From contig CAZTBS010000001.1 of assembly GCA_964612125.1 (NCBI GenBank), forward strand, positions 10,900 to 74,899: a stretch of 64,000 bases of DNA, read 5' to 3'. How positions within the stretch are numbered: the first letter of the stretch is position 1; each line of letters starts with the position of its first letter. Source of the DNA: an uncultured Leucobacter sp. (lineage in GTDB: Bacteria > Actinomycetota > Actinomycetes > Actinomycetales > Microbacteriaceae). Shown piece after piece: positions 52,666 to 64,000 of this stretch. A program made the translations under genes and the position numbers. The notes under the pieces are model-generated. The model saw only the letters and a program-made list of their open reading frames with translations, was not told the DNA's origin and did no database searches.

Positions 52666-52962
52666 CTACTGGACGGGGATCAGGGCGATCAAGATCCAAC
52701 ATGCGAACATCGTGAGCATCCAGCCGAGGTCAAGCGAAATCTGCCCCAGACGAATGGGTGGGAGGACGCGCCGAACCAGTTTGATCGGCGGATCGGTGAG
52801 GGTAAACACGAGTTCAACCAACACCAACCAGAATCCGCGGGGCCGAAAACGCGGGTTGAGCACCATCACCCAATCGATGATGAAACGCGCCCAGAGCACA
52901 TAGGTGTAGATACGGAGTAGCCATTTCAGGGTCACCAGAATGACTACGAGTGCGATAGTCAC
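52666..52962 (-). CDS. yggT: YggT family membrane protein
   Basis: 98 aa with two to three TM helices. It sits between sepF and divIVA, as in the actinobacterial dcw extension. Confidence 0.88.
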   Translation of the reverse strand: MTIALVVILVTLKWLLRIYTYVLWARFIIDWVMVLNPRFRPRGFWLVLVELVFTLTDPPIKLVRRVLPPIRLGQISLDLGWMLTMFACWILIALIPVQ

Positions 52963-52967
52963 TGTAA

Positions 52968-53456
52968 CTATGCGGAGGGGCTCACGAAGAATGAACCATT
53001 TTCACCCTGTGCGCCTTCATCACCGCTCACCGCAATGTGCTCGGGTGACAACAGAAAGACTTTGCTCGTCACTCGCTCGATGCGCCCGCGAAGCCCCATC
53101 GAGAGACCGCTGGCAAAATCGATCAAGCGCTTCGCCTCAGCCTCGTTCATACGCGACAGGTTGAGAATGACCGGCACACCCTCGCGGAAACTCTCGGCCA
53201 CCACGGTGGCATCACGATACTCGGTGGGATGCACGGTGAGGATCTCGTTCATCGACTGCGCAGCCGGAGCTCGGGTGGGAGTGACCTTCCGGAGCGGAGT
53301 CACCTGCGCGCGCGGTACCGCAGCACGCTGAGCCGGGGAAGCAGATGCTGCTGCTTCTTGCTGCACCACTGGCTCTTGCTTCACGCTACCCTGCTCGTCG
53401 AGTTCTTCCTCGGCGAGACCGAGGAACACCATGGTCTTCTTCAGTGGGTTGCTCAT
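52968..53456 (-). CDS. sepF: Cell division protein SepF
   Basis: 162 aa with an N-terminal amphipathic [14 protein letters not shown] and a C-terminal DUF552 core ([21 protein letters not shown]). Confidence 0.93.
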   Translation of the reverse strand: MSNPLKKTMVFLGLAEEELDEQGSVKQEPVVQQEAAASASPAQRAAVPRAQVTPLRKVTPTRAPAAQSMNEILTVHPTEYRDATVVAESFREGVPVILNLSRMNEAEAKRLIDFASGLSMGLRGRIERVTSKVFLLSPEHIAVSGDEGAQGENGSFFVSPSA

Positions 53457-53498
53457 GTTTTCTTCCTCACGATCTCAGCGATCACATTACTGACGAGA

Positions 53499-54212
53499 CT
53501 AGCCCTGCGCTGGGCGATTTCCGGTGATTGCGCTGCCGATACGCAGGTGTGTCGCACCTGCCGCGATTGCCTCGGCATAGTCATGCGTCATACCCGCAGA
53601 GATTGCGTCTGCCGCCGGCGCAAGCGCACGCACACGGTCGGAGTAGCCCCGCAACCTCGCGAACGCACGATCCGCGGGTTCCTCATGTGGGAGTGGCGCT
53701 ACGGCCATCACCCCGCGCAAGTGAAGTTGCGGTACTTCAAGTACACGCTCGACAATGCGCTCGAGGTCTACAGGGTCTGCGCCACCACGGCCGGGATCGT
53801 CGGTGAGATTGACCTGCACAAAGACGTCAAGCTCTCGCGTGATGCTCGCGAGGGCCTCGACCAGCCGCTCACGATCAATCGAGTGGATCGCGTCCGCATA
53901 CTGCGCCACCTGACGAGCCTTCTTAGTCTGCAGTTGCCCGATGAAGTGCCAACGCAACTCGAGATCGGCAAGTTCGGCTGCTTTCGCTTGCGCCTCCTGA
54001 TGCCGATTCTCACCCACGTCACGCACTCCAAGCGCTGCGAGATCACGCACGAGCTGTGCCGGATGAAACTTCGTCACCACGATAAGTGTGAGCTCGTCGG
54101 GATCACGCCCCGCGGCCTGTGCCGCCGCGGCAACTCCAGACTGCACCAGCGACAAGCGCTCGGACAGCGCCTCGCGTCGAGCGCCCGCCTCATCATCGCT
54201 GAACACCGACAC
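53499..54212 (-). CDS. yggS: YggS family pyridoxal phosphate homeostasis protein
   Basis: 237 aa with LIVVTKFHP (PLP lysine), GENRHQE and WHFIGQLQTKK. Confidence 0.93.
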   Translation of the reverse strand: MSVFSDDEAGARREALSERLSLVQSGVAAAAQAAGRDPDELTLIVVTKFHPAQLVRDLAALGVRDVGENRHQEAQAKAAELADLELRWHFIGQLQTKKARQVAQYADAIHSIDRERLVEALASITRELDVFVQVNLTDDPGRGGADPVDLERIVERVLEVPQLHLRGVMAVAPLPHEEPADRAFARLRGYSDRVRALAPAADAISAGMTHDYAEAIAAGATHLRIGSAITGNRPAQG

Positions 54213-54220
54213 CCGCCCTT

Positions 54221-55405
<1,185 letters not shown>

Positions 55406-55421
55406 GTGGGTCCTTCCCCTC

Positions 55422-55482
55422 AACTTTCAACCTCTACCTGAAGGTGAAAGTTAGTATACGGGTATACACTTACGTCCCCCAA
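55422..55482 (-). promoter_or_regulatory. AT-rich ftsZ leader/promoter patch: 8-bp inverted repeat, GTATAC-GG-GTATAC, candidate promoter
   Basis: AACTTTCA (55422-55429) pairs with TGAAAGTT (55445-55452). GTATAC occurs at 55454-55459 and again at 55462-55467. On the minus strand I read TTGGGG (55482-55477)-N18-TATACT (55458-55453) as a possible -35/-10 pair. Confidence 0.3.
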
Positions 55483-55584
55483 GGTATGTGCTGTGAGTTC
55501 AGAATCGGTGCCGACACACCGCAGTGTGCATGAGTTTCTGACTGAGCGCAGCTACGGAACCGCAGCATGCGTCAGCACCTCGTC

Positions 55585-56601
55585 TCATCGAAACACCGGG
55601 GTATCCGGGGCAGATACATCAATCACAGACGGCGCTCCGAGGGACGCCAGCATTGCTCGCAACACCAGGGCTTTCCGCTGTGTCTCATCGGCCTCACCCC
55701 ACACCACTTGCGTGCCAGAGGAGAGCGTGAATTCAACATCCTGTGCGCTCGAGGCCGAAACAGCAGCCAGCTGCACGCGCAGATCGGCTGGCATGTCACG
55801 AACGACGCGCGCGGCCGCGGCGAACGCGGGTGAAGCAAGGTCGATGGCTGTACCTGACGCAAGCGGCACACCCTCCGGTCGCTCAACCGCATCAGCCACC
55901 AGCACACCGGCAGCATCCACCAATCCAAAGCTTGCATCGCGGGCGATTGCGAGTACCGGATCCCGTTCCTCAATACGGAGCAGCAGTGTGTGAGGCGGAA
56001 TTCGCTCGATTGCATACCGTTGAATCAACGGAAATGGCTCCAGAGCACGATGCACCTCTCGCTCATCGACGAGCGCCAGCGGAACCCCTGCAAATCGTGC
56101 CAGTGCGGTTTCCAGGTCCTCACTTGCGATACGGTCAGCCCCCTGCACTTGGATCTCACGGACCGCCATAATCGGCGTGAACACCCCCGCCGCGACAAAC
56201 AGCGCCAGTCCAGCAACTGCGGCAGCCGCGGAGAGCCACACACGTCGACGGCGACGCGAGTGAGCGGTGAATCTGCGCTGTTCGCGCCGCTCACGCGCGC
56301 GGCGCTGCCGCTCTGCCTGCCGAAGCCACCGACTTGCCTCACGTACCGGGTCAGCTGAGGCAAGCTCCAATTGCTCAGTTGCGAAGTGTGAACTCACCAT
56401 TACGCTGCCCGGCACCGCAACCGGAGCACGCTGTGGCGACGTCGCAACGTCTCGGCTCTCGGTGAGGTGCTGCGGCGCGTCTTCTGCGGGCGCAACTCGC
56501 TCAGCTTCCGGCGTACCGGTCGCAACAGGAAGCTGCGGCAGCTCAGGAGGTGGAGGTGCGGCAGAGAAATCCCCGCCGTCAAAGCCGCCGGGGCGCTTCA
56601 C
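55585..56601 (-). CDS. ftsQ: Cell division protein FtsQ
   Basis: 338 aa with a disordered N-terminus, one TM helix ([21 protein letters not shown]) and a POTRA domain ([17 protein letters not shown]). The GTG overlaps the murC stop. Confidence 0.9.
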   Translation of the reverse strand: MKRPGGFDGGDFSAAPPPPELPQLPVATGTPEAERVAPAEDAPQHLTESRDVATSPQRAPVAVPGSVMVSSHFATEQLELASADPVREASRWLRQAERQRRARERREQRRFTAHSRRRRRVWLSAAAAVAGLALFVAAGVFTPIMAVREIQVQGADRIASEDLETALARFAGVPLALVDEREVHRALEPFPLIQRYAIERIPPHTLLLRIEERDPVLAIARDASFGLVDAAGVLVADAVERPEGVPLASGTAIDLASPAFAAAARVVRDMPADLRVQLAAVSASSAQDVEFTLSSGTQVVWGEADETQRKALVLRAMLASLGAPSVIDVSAPDTPVFR

Positions 56602-58010
56602 TCTGCTCCGGACTCGAATCGCTCGCGCAGCGCAGCCACAATCTGCGGAATGATCTGATAGACCGTGCCACAGCTCATGGTGATCATCACGTCGCCAGCT
56701 TGTGCGATCCGAGCAAGATGCTCGGCCGCGCGACCCCAGTCGTCAATGTAGGTCACGCGGTCAGAGGACGAAAAGTCCTTGGCGACCAATGCGCCGGTCA
56801 CACCGGGTTCGGGGTCTTCACGTGCACCGTCTACCGCGAGGACAACGGTGTAGTCCGCACCGGCTTCCAGAGCCTCAGCGAATTCCTTATGGAACAGACG
56901 AGTCCGGCTATAGAGGTGTGGCTGGTGTACTGCGATCAGTCGACCATCACCGACAACCGGGCGCGCGGACTGCAGCAGCGCGGCTACCTCGGTCGGGTGG
57001 TGGGCGTAATCGTCATACACACGCACCCCACCCACCTCAGCGTGAAATTCAAAGCGTCGCTTCGTGCCACCGAACTCCGCAATCGCGGCGAGCGCCGACG
57101 CTGCATCAAGTCCGAGCGCTGTCAACGTGGCGAGAACGCCCAGCGCATTGATGGCATTGTGCCTGCCAAATACTCGTAACTGTGCTTCACAGCGCACTCC
57201 GTCCACCAGTGCAACAAACCGCACCTGGCCGGAATCATCCACCTCTAAGAGACGCACATCGGCATCCGGGTGTGCACCGAACGTTCGGACACGCACATCC
57301 GGCCGCAATGCAGCCCGCACCTCCGCTGCGCCGGGATCGTCCGCGGAGATCACCACGCACTCACGGGCCTGGTTCGCGAAGTCTACAAATGCCTGCATGA
57401 AGGCCTCGCGAGACCCATAGAAATCAAGGTGTTCAGGATCAACGTTCGTAATCAACGCCACAGCGGTGTCGTAGAGCAAGAACGACTTATCAGACTCGTC
57501 GGCTTCAATCACGAAGAGTTCGCTCGCACCCGCCCCAGAACTCACTCCGAGGCTCTCAATGATGCCGCCGTTCACGAACGAAGGGTCCTCTCCGCACCCC
57601 TGCAAACCAGTCACCAACATGCCGGTAGAGGTCGTCTTGCCGTGTGCCCCGGCAACCGCAACCACCCGATGCCCGCGGGCGAGCCAGGCAAGCGCCTGCG
57701 AACGGTGTAGCACGGGGATGCCGTGTGCCAGGGCGTACTGATATTCCGGGTTGTCCTGCCACAGTGCACCGGTGACCACGAGCGTGTCCGCGTCACCCAC
57801 ATGCGCAGCGTCGTGACCGATCGCAACGGGAATACCCAGTTCTTCGAGCGCCCGCGTGCTGTAGTTGGCGCTGCGGTCACTGCCAGTCACCCGCAGCCCT
57901 GCCCCGTGCAGCAAGCGCGCGATCCCACTCATGCCAGACCCGCCAACACCAACACAGTGCACGCGACCCAAATCATCGGGAATCTGCAAATTCAGATCGG
58001 GGTAGATCAT
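56598..58010 (-). CDS. murC: UDP-N-acetylmuramate--L-alanine ligase
   Basis: 470 aa with [11 protein letters not shown] and GAHGKTTST. Strong SD GAAGGAGG. Confidence 0.96.
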   Translation of the reverse strand: MIYPDLNLQIPDDLGRVHCVGVGGSGMSGIARLLHGAGLRVTGSDRSANYSTRALEELGIPVAIGHDAAHVGDADTLVVTGALWQDNPEYQYALAHGIPVLHRSQALAWLARGHRVVAVAGAHGKTTSTGMLVTGLQGCGEDPSFVNGGIIESLGVSSGAGASELFVIEADESDKSFLLYDTAVALITNVDPEHLDFYGSREAFMQAFVDFANQARECVVISADDPGAAEVRAALRPDVRVRTFGAHPDADVRLLEVDDSGQVRFVALVDGVRCEAQLRVFGRHNAINALGVLATLTALGLDAASALAAIAEFGGTKRRFEFHAEVGGVRVYDDYAHHPTEVAALLQSARPVVGDGRLIAVHQPHLYSRTRLFHKEFAEALEAGADYTVVLAVDGAREDPEPGVTGALVAKDFSSSDRVTYIDDWGRAAEHLARIAQAGDVMITMSCGTVYQIIPQIVAALRERFESGAE

Positions 58011-58037
58011 CGGGCGGCCTCCTTCAACGCGAACACC

Positions 58038-59108
58038 CTACGCTATCGCTTCGCGCACCAAAGCGTAGAGCTGCTCAGTACCGTCCAGTCTGCCCACGCT
58101 ACGAGCACGCTCTGACATGTCGGTCAGCCGGGAGGGATCAGAGAGAAGCGGGAGCAAGGTACCCCGCACCCACGCGGGGCCCAGATCGCGATCGTGCACC
58201 AGAAGCGCTCCTCCTGCTGCGACCATCTCGCGGGCATTCAAGCGCTGCTCACCGTTTCCGGAACCATACGGCACCAGAATGGCGGGGACTCCGAGGCCCG
58301 CAAGCTCACTCACCGTCGTTGATCCCGCGCGAGACACCGCTAAGTCACAGGCCGCGAAGGCAAGGTCCATGCGGTCGCAATACGACATGACCCGGTATCC
58401 GGAGACGCGCGGATCCACCAATTCGGTCAGACCACCCCACACATGCAACACCTGCGCTCCTGCACGAGTGATCTCCGCCGCAGAACCCGCGATGCCAGTG
58501 TTTAGCGCACGCGCCCCCAGCGATCCGCCGGTCACGAGCAACGTCGGCTGCTCCGGCTCCAGTCCGAAGTGAGCACGCGCAGCTGCACGCGCAGCCACTC
58601 GATCGAGCGTCGTGATCTCTGGCCGCAGTGGCATACCTGTTACCCGTGCACCTCGGATCGGAGTACCAGCAAAAGTGACACCTACAAAGCGCGTATACCG
58701 TGAGCCCAGCTTGTTCGCGAGCCCAGGTTTCGCGTTCGCCTCGTGGATCACGATTGGCACACCTTCGCGGTGGGCAGCGACATAGGCAGGCGTCGCGGCG
58801 TAGCCTCCGAAGCCCACCACCACATCAATGTGACGTTCCCGCAACAGCTCTCGAACTGCACGCACCGCTCGCCGAAAACGTCCGGGAAATTGCAGGGCAG
58901 ACACGTTCGGGCGGCGCGGAAATGGCAGCCGCTCGGTCGTTACCAGTTCATACCCACGCTCTGGAACCAGCCGCGCTTCGAGACCCTCGCGGGTACCGAG
59001 CGCAACGATGTCTGCTTCTGGCTCGCGCGCACGGATCAGATCTGCAAGCGCGAGCAGCGGATTCACATGGCCAGCGGTTCCCCCACCAGCCAGCAGATAA
59101 CGTGTCAC
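58038..59108 (-). CDS. murG: Undecaprenyldiphospho-muramoylpentapeptide beta-N-acetylglucosaminyltransferase
   Basis: The ORF track extends to 59195. The GTG at 59108 (VTRYLLAGGGTAGHVNP) overlaps the ftsW stop (GTGA). Confidence 0.94.
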   Translation of the reverse strand: MTRYLLAGGGTAGHVNPLLALADLIRAREPEADIVALGTREGLEARLVPERGYELVTTERLPFPRRPNVSALQFPGRFRRAVRAVRELLRERHIDVVVGFGGYAATPAYVAAHREGVPIVIHEANAKPGLANKLGSRYTRFVGVTFAGTPIRGARVTGMPLRPEITTLDRVAARAAARAHFGLEPEQPTLLVTGGSLGARALNTGIAGSAAEITRAGAQVLHVWGGLTELVDPRVSGYRVMSYCDRMDLAFAACDLAVSRAGSTTVSELAGLGVPAILVPYGSGNGEQRLNAREMVAAGGALLVHDRDLGPAWVRGTLLPLLSDPSRLTDMSERARSVGRLDGTEQLYALVREAIA

Positions 59109-60334
59109 GCACGACCCCCAGCAGCGGCAAGTTCCTCCTGATACGCGGCGCCGTCGCGCGCAATCGAAATCACCACTCCGATCGCAAGCAGACACGCGAT
59201 CAACGCGGTGCCACCCGAACTGATGAGCGGCAGCGGGACACCCAGCACCGGCAACACCCCAATCACCACTCCAATATTGATGAACGCCTGACCCACGATC
59301 CAGACCATAATTCCCCCGACTACCGCCCGACCAAAACGGTCCCTAGCCCGCGCAATCACGCGCAACATTACGGCAGCCAGAGCGACGAACAGTGCAATCA
59401 CCAGGAGAGCTCCCACCAGGCCCAGTTCCTCACCGATGATCGCGAAAATGTAATCGTTGTCGGCTGCAGGCAGCCAAGACCACTTCGCTTTCGAACCGCC
59501 TAGACCGACACCGAATACCCCACCGCCAGCAAGCGCCCACAGCCCGTGGAGCGGCTGCCAGCCCAGTCCGCTGTAATCTTCATGTCCGGTGAGATGTCCG
59601 AACAGACGATTCATACGGTTCGGACTCGTCACTACGAACAGCACCGCAAATGCCGAGGCTCCCAGCCCCGTGAACGCGAGCGTCTTACCGCTCACGCCTC
59701 CAAAGTACATGGCTCCCAACACAGTTAAGCCCATCACGAGCGTAGTTCCGAGGTCTCTCCCGAGAAGCACGAGACCCAGGGCAATCACTGCCCCGGGGAA
59801 GATAATCGGAATCAGTTCATGTTTGGTGCGACCGAGTAACGGTTCTTTTGCCAGTAGCACCGCCCCAATCCACACCACCAGGGCAAGTTTCAACACCTCT
59901 GAAGGCTGGCCGCCGAAAGAACCCAGCTGAATCCAGTTTCGATTGCCGTACACCTCGATACCCAGCGGCGTGAAGACCAGCAACTGCAGCGCCAGACCCA
60001 GTCCGAGTAACAGCCACGCCCAGCGTTTCCAGAAGCTAATCGGAAACGCCGCTGCCAGAAGCATCAGCGGGATTCCGATCACCGCGTAGGTGGCCTGGCG
60101 CCAGAAACCGCCAAAGAATCCCTGTTCATCGAGATACGAGGTGATGGAGGACGACGACAGCACCATGATCAAGCCGATGCCCACCAGCAGGGTGGTGATC
60201 GCGTAGATCATGACCACCGTTGGATCAGACAGCGACTTGAATTCACCGCCCAGAGTGATCCGAGCAAACGCCGATGAACGCGGTCGGCTTTCGTCGTCAG
60301 CGGCGCCCGCCCTCGGCTGATGCGTTGTCGTCAT
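59105..60334 (-). CDS. ftsW: SEDS family peptidoglycan glycosyltransferase FtsW
   Basis: The ORF track extends to 60583. The ATG at 60334 ([10 protein letters not shown]...) is preceded by GGAGGTG. It has about 10 TM helices and overlaps the murD 3' end by 38 nt. Confidence 0.9.
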   Translation of the reverse strand: MTTTHQPRAGAADDESRPRSSAFARITLGGEFKSLSDPTVVMIYAITTLLVGIGLIMVLSSSSITSYLDEQGFFGGFWRQATYAVIGIPLMLLAAAFPISFWKRWAWLLLGLGLALQLLVFTPLGIEVYGNRNWIQLGSFGGQPSEVLKLALVVWIGAVLLAKEPLLGRTKHELIPIIFPGAVIALGLVLLGRDLGTTLVMGLTVLGAMYFGGVSGKTLAFTGLGASAFAVLFVVTSPNRMNRLFGHLTGHEDYSGLGWQPLHGLWALAGGGVFGVGLGGSKAKWSWLPAADNDYIFAIIGEELGLVGALLVIALFVALAAVMLRVIARARDRFGRAVVGGIMVWIVGQAFINIGVVIGVLPVLGVPLPLISSGGTALIACLLAIGVVISIARDGAAYQEELAAAGGRA

Positions 60335-61817
60335 CCGCGTCACCTCCGCCAAGCGCCCGCACCGCGGCCTGAAAGCGGCGGCCACGATCTGCGTAATCTG
60401 AGAACTGATCCATCGATGCTGCCGCAGGCGACAACAGCACAACATCGCCCGGTTCTGCAAGGGATGCTGCGGCCGTGACTGCGGACTGCATGACCTCTTC
60501 AGTGTCCCCCGGCGCGACCTCAATGCACGGCACCCGGGGTGCGTGTCGCGCAAGCACTTCCAGCACTGGCGTGCGCTCAGCACCGATCACGACGACTCCT
60601 CGCAGACGGTGCGAATGGCGCTCGACGAGCGGGGAAATATCAACGCCTTTTAAGAGCCCACCGACGACCCACACCACACTCTCGAATGCCCGCAGCGAAG
60701 CATCAGCGGCGTGGGCATTCGTCGCCTTCGAGTCATCAACCCAGAACACGCCATCGATACTGCCCAGACGCTGCGCACGATGCGGATCAGGCTGGAAGCT
60801 CAGAATTGCTTGCGCGACTTCACCCGGCTCGACACCGCGACTGCGCGCGAGCGCCGCAGCAGCAAGAATGTTCTGCACCATATGCGGCGCGTCAAGGTCT
60901 CGTTCGGAGAGCTCGGCCAAGGTAACAAGCTCAAAGGCCTCGGTGCGGCGACTGCTGTGATAGCCACGATCCACCAGAATGTCTTCGACCATGCCGAATC
61001 CGCTGGGCGGCGGGGTATCTAGACCAAAGCTAATTGCACGGGCGCCCTCAATAACGTCTGCGTCTTCAACCATCTGCTCTGTTACTGCATCCGCTCGGTT
61101 ATAGACGCACGCAACCTGGGTGTGTGCGTACACTCTTGCCTTTGCCGCACGGTAGGCAAGCGGTGAACCGTGCCAGTCAATATGGTCGTCGGCGATATTC
61201 AAACAGACGCTCGCGAACGGCGAAATCTCACCCACGCGATGCAGTTGGAAGCTCGACAGCTCAACGACCAGCACGTCATACCCCTGCGGATCGCGCAAAG
61301 CATCGAGGAGCGGCGTGCCTATATTTCCCACGGGGATCGCGCGAATCCCAGCCGCAAGCAACATGTGTGCGGTGAGCTGCGTCGTGGTGGTCTTGCCGTT
61401 GGTGCCGGTGACACAGATCCAATCCGCAACGCGATGCGTCTTGTCTCGCAAACGCCATCCCAGTTCGATATCGCCCCAGACGGCCGTGCCTCTCGCCTCG
61501 GCCCAGACGATTGCGGGATGATCAGGCCGGTACCCCGGCGATACGATGACCAGCTCTGGGTCATACTCAGTAAGCGCGGCGAGCTGATCCGCATCACTCT
61601 CAGCCTGCAGCCGCTCCGCCCCGATCACGTCGAGCAGTCGCTCGCGGTCAGAATCCACACCCGCGTATATCACCCGCACACGCGAGCCAAGTTCAACCAG
61701 TGTGTCAGCAACCGAGAACCCGGTCACCCCGAGCCCCAGCACCGCAACACGCAGACCCGACCAGTCAGCGTGCCAACTCCGCAGCGTCTGTAAGCGGTCC
61801 TGGGCCTCCGCGGTCAC
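60297..61817 (-). CDS. murD: UDP-N-acetylmuramoylalanine--D-glutamate ligase
   Basis: The ORF track extends to 62153 inside mraY. The GTG at 61817 overlaps the mraY stop (GTGA). Motifs: [20 protein letters not shown]. Confidence 0.92.
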   Translation of the reverse strand: MTAEAQDRLQTLRSWHADWSGLRVAVLGLGVTGFSVADTLVELGSRVRVIYAGVDSDRERLLDVIGAERLQAESDADQLAALTEYDPELVIVSPGYRPDHPAIVWAEARGTAVWGDIELGWRLRDKTHRVADWICVTGTNGKTTTTQLTAHMLLAAGIRAIPVGNIGTPLLDALRDPQGYDVLVVELSSFQLHRVGEISPFASVCLNIADDHIDWHGSPLAYRAAKARVYAHTQVACVYNRADAVTEQMVEDADVIEGARAISFGLDTPPPSGFGMVEDILVDRGYHSSRRTEAFELVTLAELSERDLDAPHMVQNILAAAALARSRGVEPGEVAQAILSFQPDPHRAQRLGSIDGVFWVDDSKATNAHAADASLRAFESVVWVVGGLLKGVDISPLVERHSHRLRGVVVIGAERTPVLEVLARHAPRVPCIEVAPGDTEEVMQSAVTAAASLAEPGDVVLLSPAAASMDQFSDYADRGRRFQAAVRALGGGDADDDNASAEGGRR

Positions 61818-62896
61818 TGCAGCACCGTCCACTCCGCGTAGATTGCCCCGAGACCGCTGAGCACGAGCACACCCGCGATGATCCAGAAGCGCACGACGAC
61901 GGTGGTCTCTGCCCAACCCTTCAGCTCGAAATGATGGTGGATCGGGCTCATCCTGAAGATGCGCCTTCCCTTGGTCAGCTTGAAGTACAGCCGCTGCAAG
62001 ATCACGGAGCCGGATTCGATGACGAACAAACCGCCGATCAGTAGCAGTAGCAGCTCGGTGTGTGTCAGGATGGCCAGCGCCGCAATCGCCCCACCGAGTC
62101 CGAGCGAACCGGTATCGCCCATGTAGATGTGCGCTGGGTTGGTATTCCACCACAGGAAACCGACCAGCCCGCCTACGAGTGCGGCGGCGATCACCGCGAG
62201 ATCAAGCGGGTCTCGAACCACATAGCAGCCGGGCTCGATTCCGCGCGCACAGTGTTGACTGAACTGCCAGAAGCCGATCACCGCATACGCGCCGATCGCA
62301 AGAATTGAGGCCCCACCGGCAAGTCCGTCAAGCCCGTCGGTGACATTTACCGAGTTTGCCGCAGAGGTGACGATCACCGCGATCCATAGTAAGAAGAGCA
62401 GCAGCCCTACCACGGCTCCCAGCGACATGAAATCGAAGGGCAGATCTCGGAACAGAGAAATGTGGGTGGAGGCGGGGGTAATACCCGCACTGTTAGCAAA
62501 TTGCAGAGAGAGATAGCCAAACACCACCGCAACGACAACTTGCCCGGCGATCTTCGACCAGCCCCCGAGACCGAGAGATTGTTGCTTGCGAGTCTTCAGG
62601 AAGTCGTCGATGAAGCCGACGAGCCCGAGTCCGACGGTCATCAGAATCACCAGCAGTGCTGACGCGGTCGGGGGCTCACCAGCGAGCAGCTTCGCCAAGA
62701 AGTAGGCAATCACTGCCCCTGAAATAAATATCAGTCCCCCCATTGTGGGAGTACCGCGTTTTGCGAAGTGCGACTGTGGCCCATCTTCACGGATGAACTG
62801 CCCCCAGCGCAGGCGCCGGAACACACGAATAAACAGCGGGGTAAGGAGAAGCGAATATGTCATCGACAGTGCGCCCGCGAGCAGGAGAGCAATCAT
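61814..62896 (-). CDS. mraY: Phospho-N-acetylmuramoyl-pentapeptide-transferase
   Basis: 360 aa and polytopic. Motifs: [29 protein letters not shown] and HHHFE. Confidence 0.96.
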   Translation of the reverse strand: MIALLLAGALSMTYSLLLTPLFIRVFRRLRWGQFIREDGPQSHFAKRGTPTMGGLIFISGAVIAYFLAKLLAGEPPTASALLVILMTVGLGLVGFIDDFLKTRKQQSLGLGGWSKIAGQVVVAVVFGYLSLQFANSAGITPASTHISLFRDLPFDFMSLGAVVGLLLFLLWIAVIVTSAANSVNVTDGLDGLAGGASILAIGAYAVIGFWQFSQHCARGIEPGCYVVRDPLDLAVIAAALVGGLVGFLWWNTNPAHIYMGDTGSLGLGGAIAALAILTHTELLLLLIGGLFVIESGSVILQRLYFKLTKGRRIFRMSPIHHHFELKGWAETTVVVRFWIIAGVLVLSGLGAIYAEWTVLQ

Positions 62897-64000
62897 GCGT
62901 AGGCCTCCCCCAATCGATCACCCAGCGCTTGCAGACCGGCGGCATTCGAAGATTTGACCAACACGGTGTCACCCGGTTGCAAGGTCTGCTGCAGATAGGC
63001 AAAGGCTTCATCTGCGGTGTCGAAATAGACGCTCTCACCATCCCAAGAGCCCTCATTAATCGCGCTGATATGCAGGCGGCGTGCCGCCTGCCCGATCACC
63101 ACGAGTTCTGAGATGCCCAGCCGCACGGCTTGCAGTCCGATACGGTCGTGCGCTTCGCCGGCGAGATCTCCGAGCTCGCTCATGGCTCCGAGCACAGCGA
63201 CCGAACGAGCCCCCGGTCGCGAAATCTGCACCAGAGTTTTCAGTGCCGCGCTCATCGAATCGGGGCTCGCGTTGTAGGCGTCATTGATGATTGTGATGCC
63301 GTCCCTGCCGCCCAACACCTGCATGCGACCCGGCGCAGCGAGCGTCGCAGACTCGAGCACCTCCGCCACGTCCTCAAGTGAGAGACCGAGCTCGGTACCG
63401 ACGGCCGCGGCGGCGAGCGCATTCGTCACATGGTGTTCTCCGAGTACTCGAAAGTGCACGGAGCGCTCTGCGCCGTCGATACTCAACAGAAAGTTCGTTC
63501 CCTGAGCGGAGGTCTCAATCTCGTCTGCGCGCACGCTTGCCTCCGGATGCTGCCCAAACCAGCGCACCCGAGCCTGGGTAAGGCCTGCCATTTGGGCTAC
63601 ACGCGGATCGTCACGATTCAACGCGGCCACCGCAGTTGCGGGAAGATCGCGCACCATCTCGCTCTTGGTACGGAACGTGGTCTCGATACCCCCAAATTCA
63701 CCAGCATGGGCAAGGCCGACAGTCAGCACGACACCGATATGCGGCGGCGCCATCGCCGTCAATCTGGCGATTTCTCCCTCGGCACTTGCGCCCATCTCCG
63801 CAACGAGGGTGCGGGTGTCAGAAGCAACCCGCAACATGGTCAGGGGTCCCCCAACCTCATTATTAAAGGATTTCTCTGAGGCAACTGTGGGCCCCACACG
63901 CGCGGCCATCGCCGCAACCAGGTTTTTGGTGGTGGTTTTGCCGTTCGAACCGGTAATCCCCACCACCGTCAGGTTGTTGGTCTCCCGTGCCTGAGCGACC
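62893..64000 (-). CDS. murF: UDP-N-acetylmuramoyl-tripeptide--D-alanyl-D-alanine ligase; 5' end beyond the window edge
   Basis: The frame stays open upstream of the track start (my reading of 63967-63999: ..[27 protein letters not shown]). Mur ligase central and C-terminal domains are present. The N-terminus is not in the window. Confidence 0.93.
   Translation of the reverse strand, partial: VAQARETNNLTVVGITGSNGKTTTKNLVAAMAARVGPTVASEKSFNNEVGGPLTMLRVASDTRTLVAEMGASAEGEIARLTAMAPPHIGVVLTVGLAHAGEFGGIETTFRTKSEMVRDLPATAVAALNRDDPRVAQMAGLTQARVRWFGQHPEASVRADEIETSAQGTNFLLSIDGAERSVHFRVLGEHHVTNALAAAAVGTELGLSLEDVAEVLESATLAAPGRMQVLGGRDGITIINDAYNASPDSMSAALKTLVQISRPGARSVAVLGAMSELGDLAGEAHDRIGLQAVRLGISELVVIGQAARRLHISAINEGSWDGESVYFDTADEAFAYLQQTLQPGDTVLVKSSNAAGLQALGDRLGEAYA

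Overview
This is a high-GC (roughly 60-65% by eye) actinobacterial chromosome segment, probably from a Micrococcales-like organism with a compact genome. That taxonomic call is inference only. The window is almost entirely housekeeping genes. I call 61 protein-coding genes, 57 of them on the minus strand. By my own coordinates about 96% of the window is coding, and many genes are joined by 4-nt ATGA/GTGA start-stop overlaps. Gene blocks in window order (minus strand unless marked): Trp-cluster membrane protein (partial)-trpE-hisI-hisF-hisG-hisE-rpe-MFS transporter; aroB-aroK-aroC-aroE-mltG-ruvX-alaS; a small membrane protein; rpsD; rarA; (+) DUF349 protein and a short AbiEi/DUF559-N-terminal-like ORF; relA-secF-secD-yajC-ruvB-ruvA-leuA; (+) DUF2207 membrane protein; era-CNNM/CorC-ybeY-phoH-HIT-rsmE-dnaJ-hrcA (with a clear CIRCE operator)-hemW-DUF1990-lepA-rpsT; thioesterase-ettA-lipoprotein; (+) SSB paralogue; msrA-nadE-dnaE-rluD-lspA-divIVA-yggT-sepF-yggS-ftsZ-ftsQ-murC-murG-ftsW-murD-mraY-murF (partial). 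I found no rRNA, tRNA, CRISPR array, transposase, integrase, phage gene or recognisable defence gene. My verdict is that this is an ordinary core-genome window, and I do not see a convincing novel multi-gene system. The best leads are small and local. (1) A terminator-like hairpin plus a 42-codon uORF lies in the leuA leader. (2) A perfect 12-bp stem-loop sits in front of an SSB paralogue that lacks the canonical C-terminal tip. (3) A truncated AbiEi-like ORF converges into the 3' end of relA. (4) ruvAB has no ruvC and is fused directly behind leuA. (5) The ftsZ leader is unusually AT-rich and structured. All coordinates of hairpins and start codons were read by hand. No database search or folding calculation was possible.
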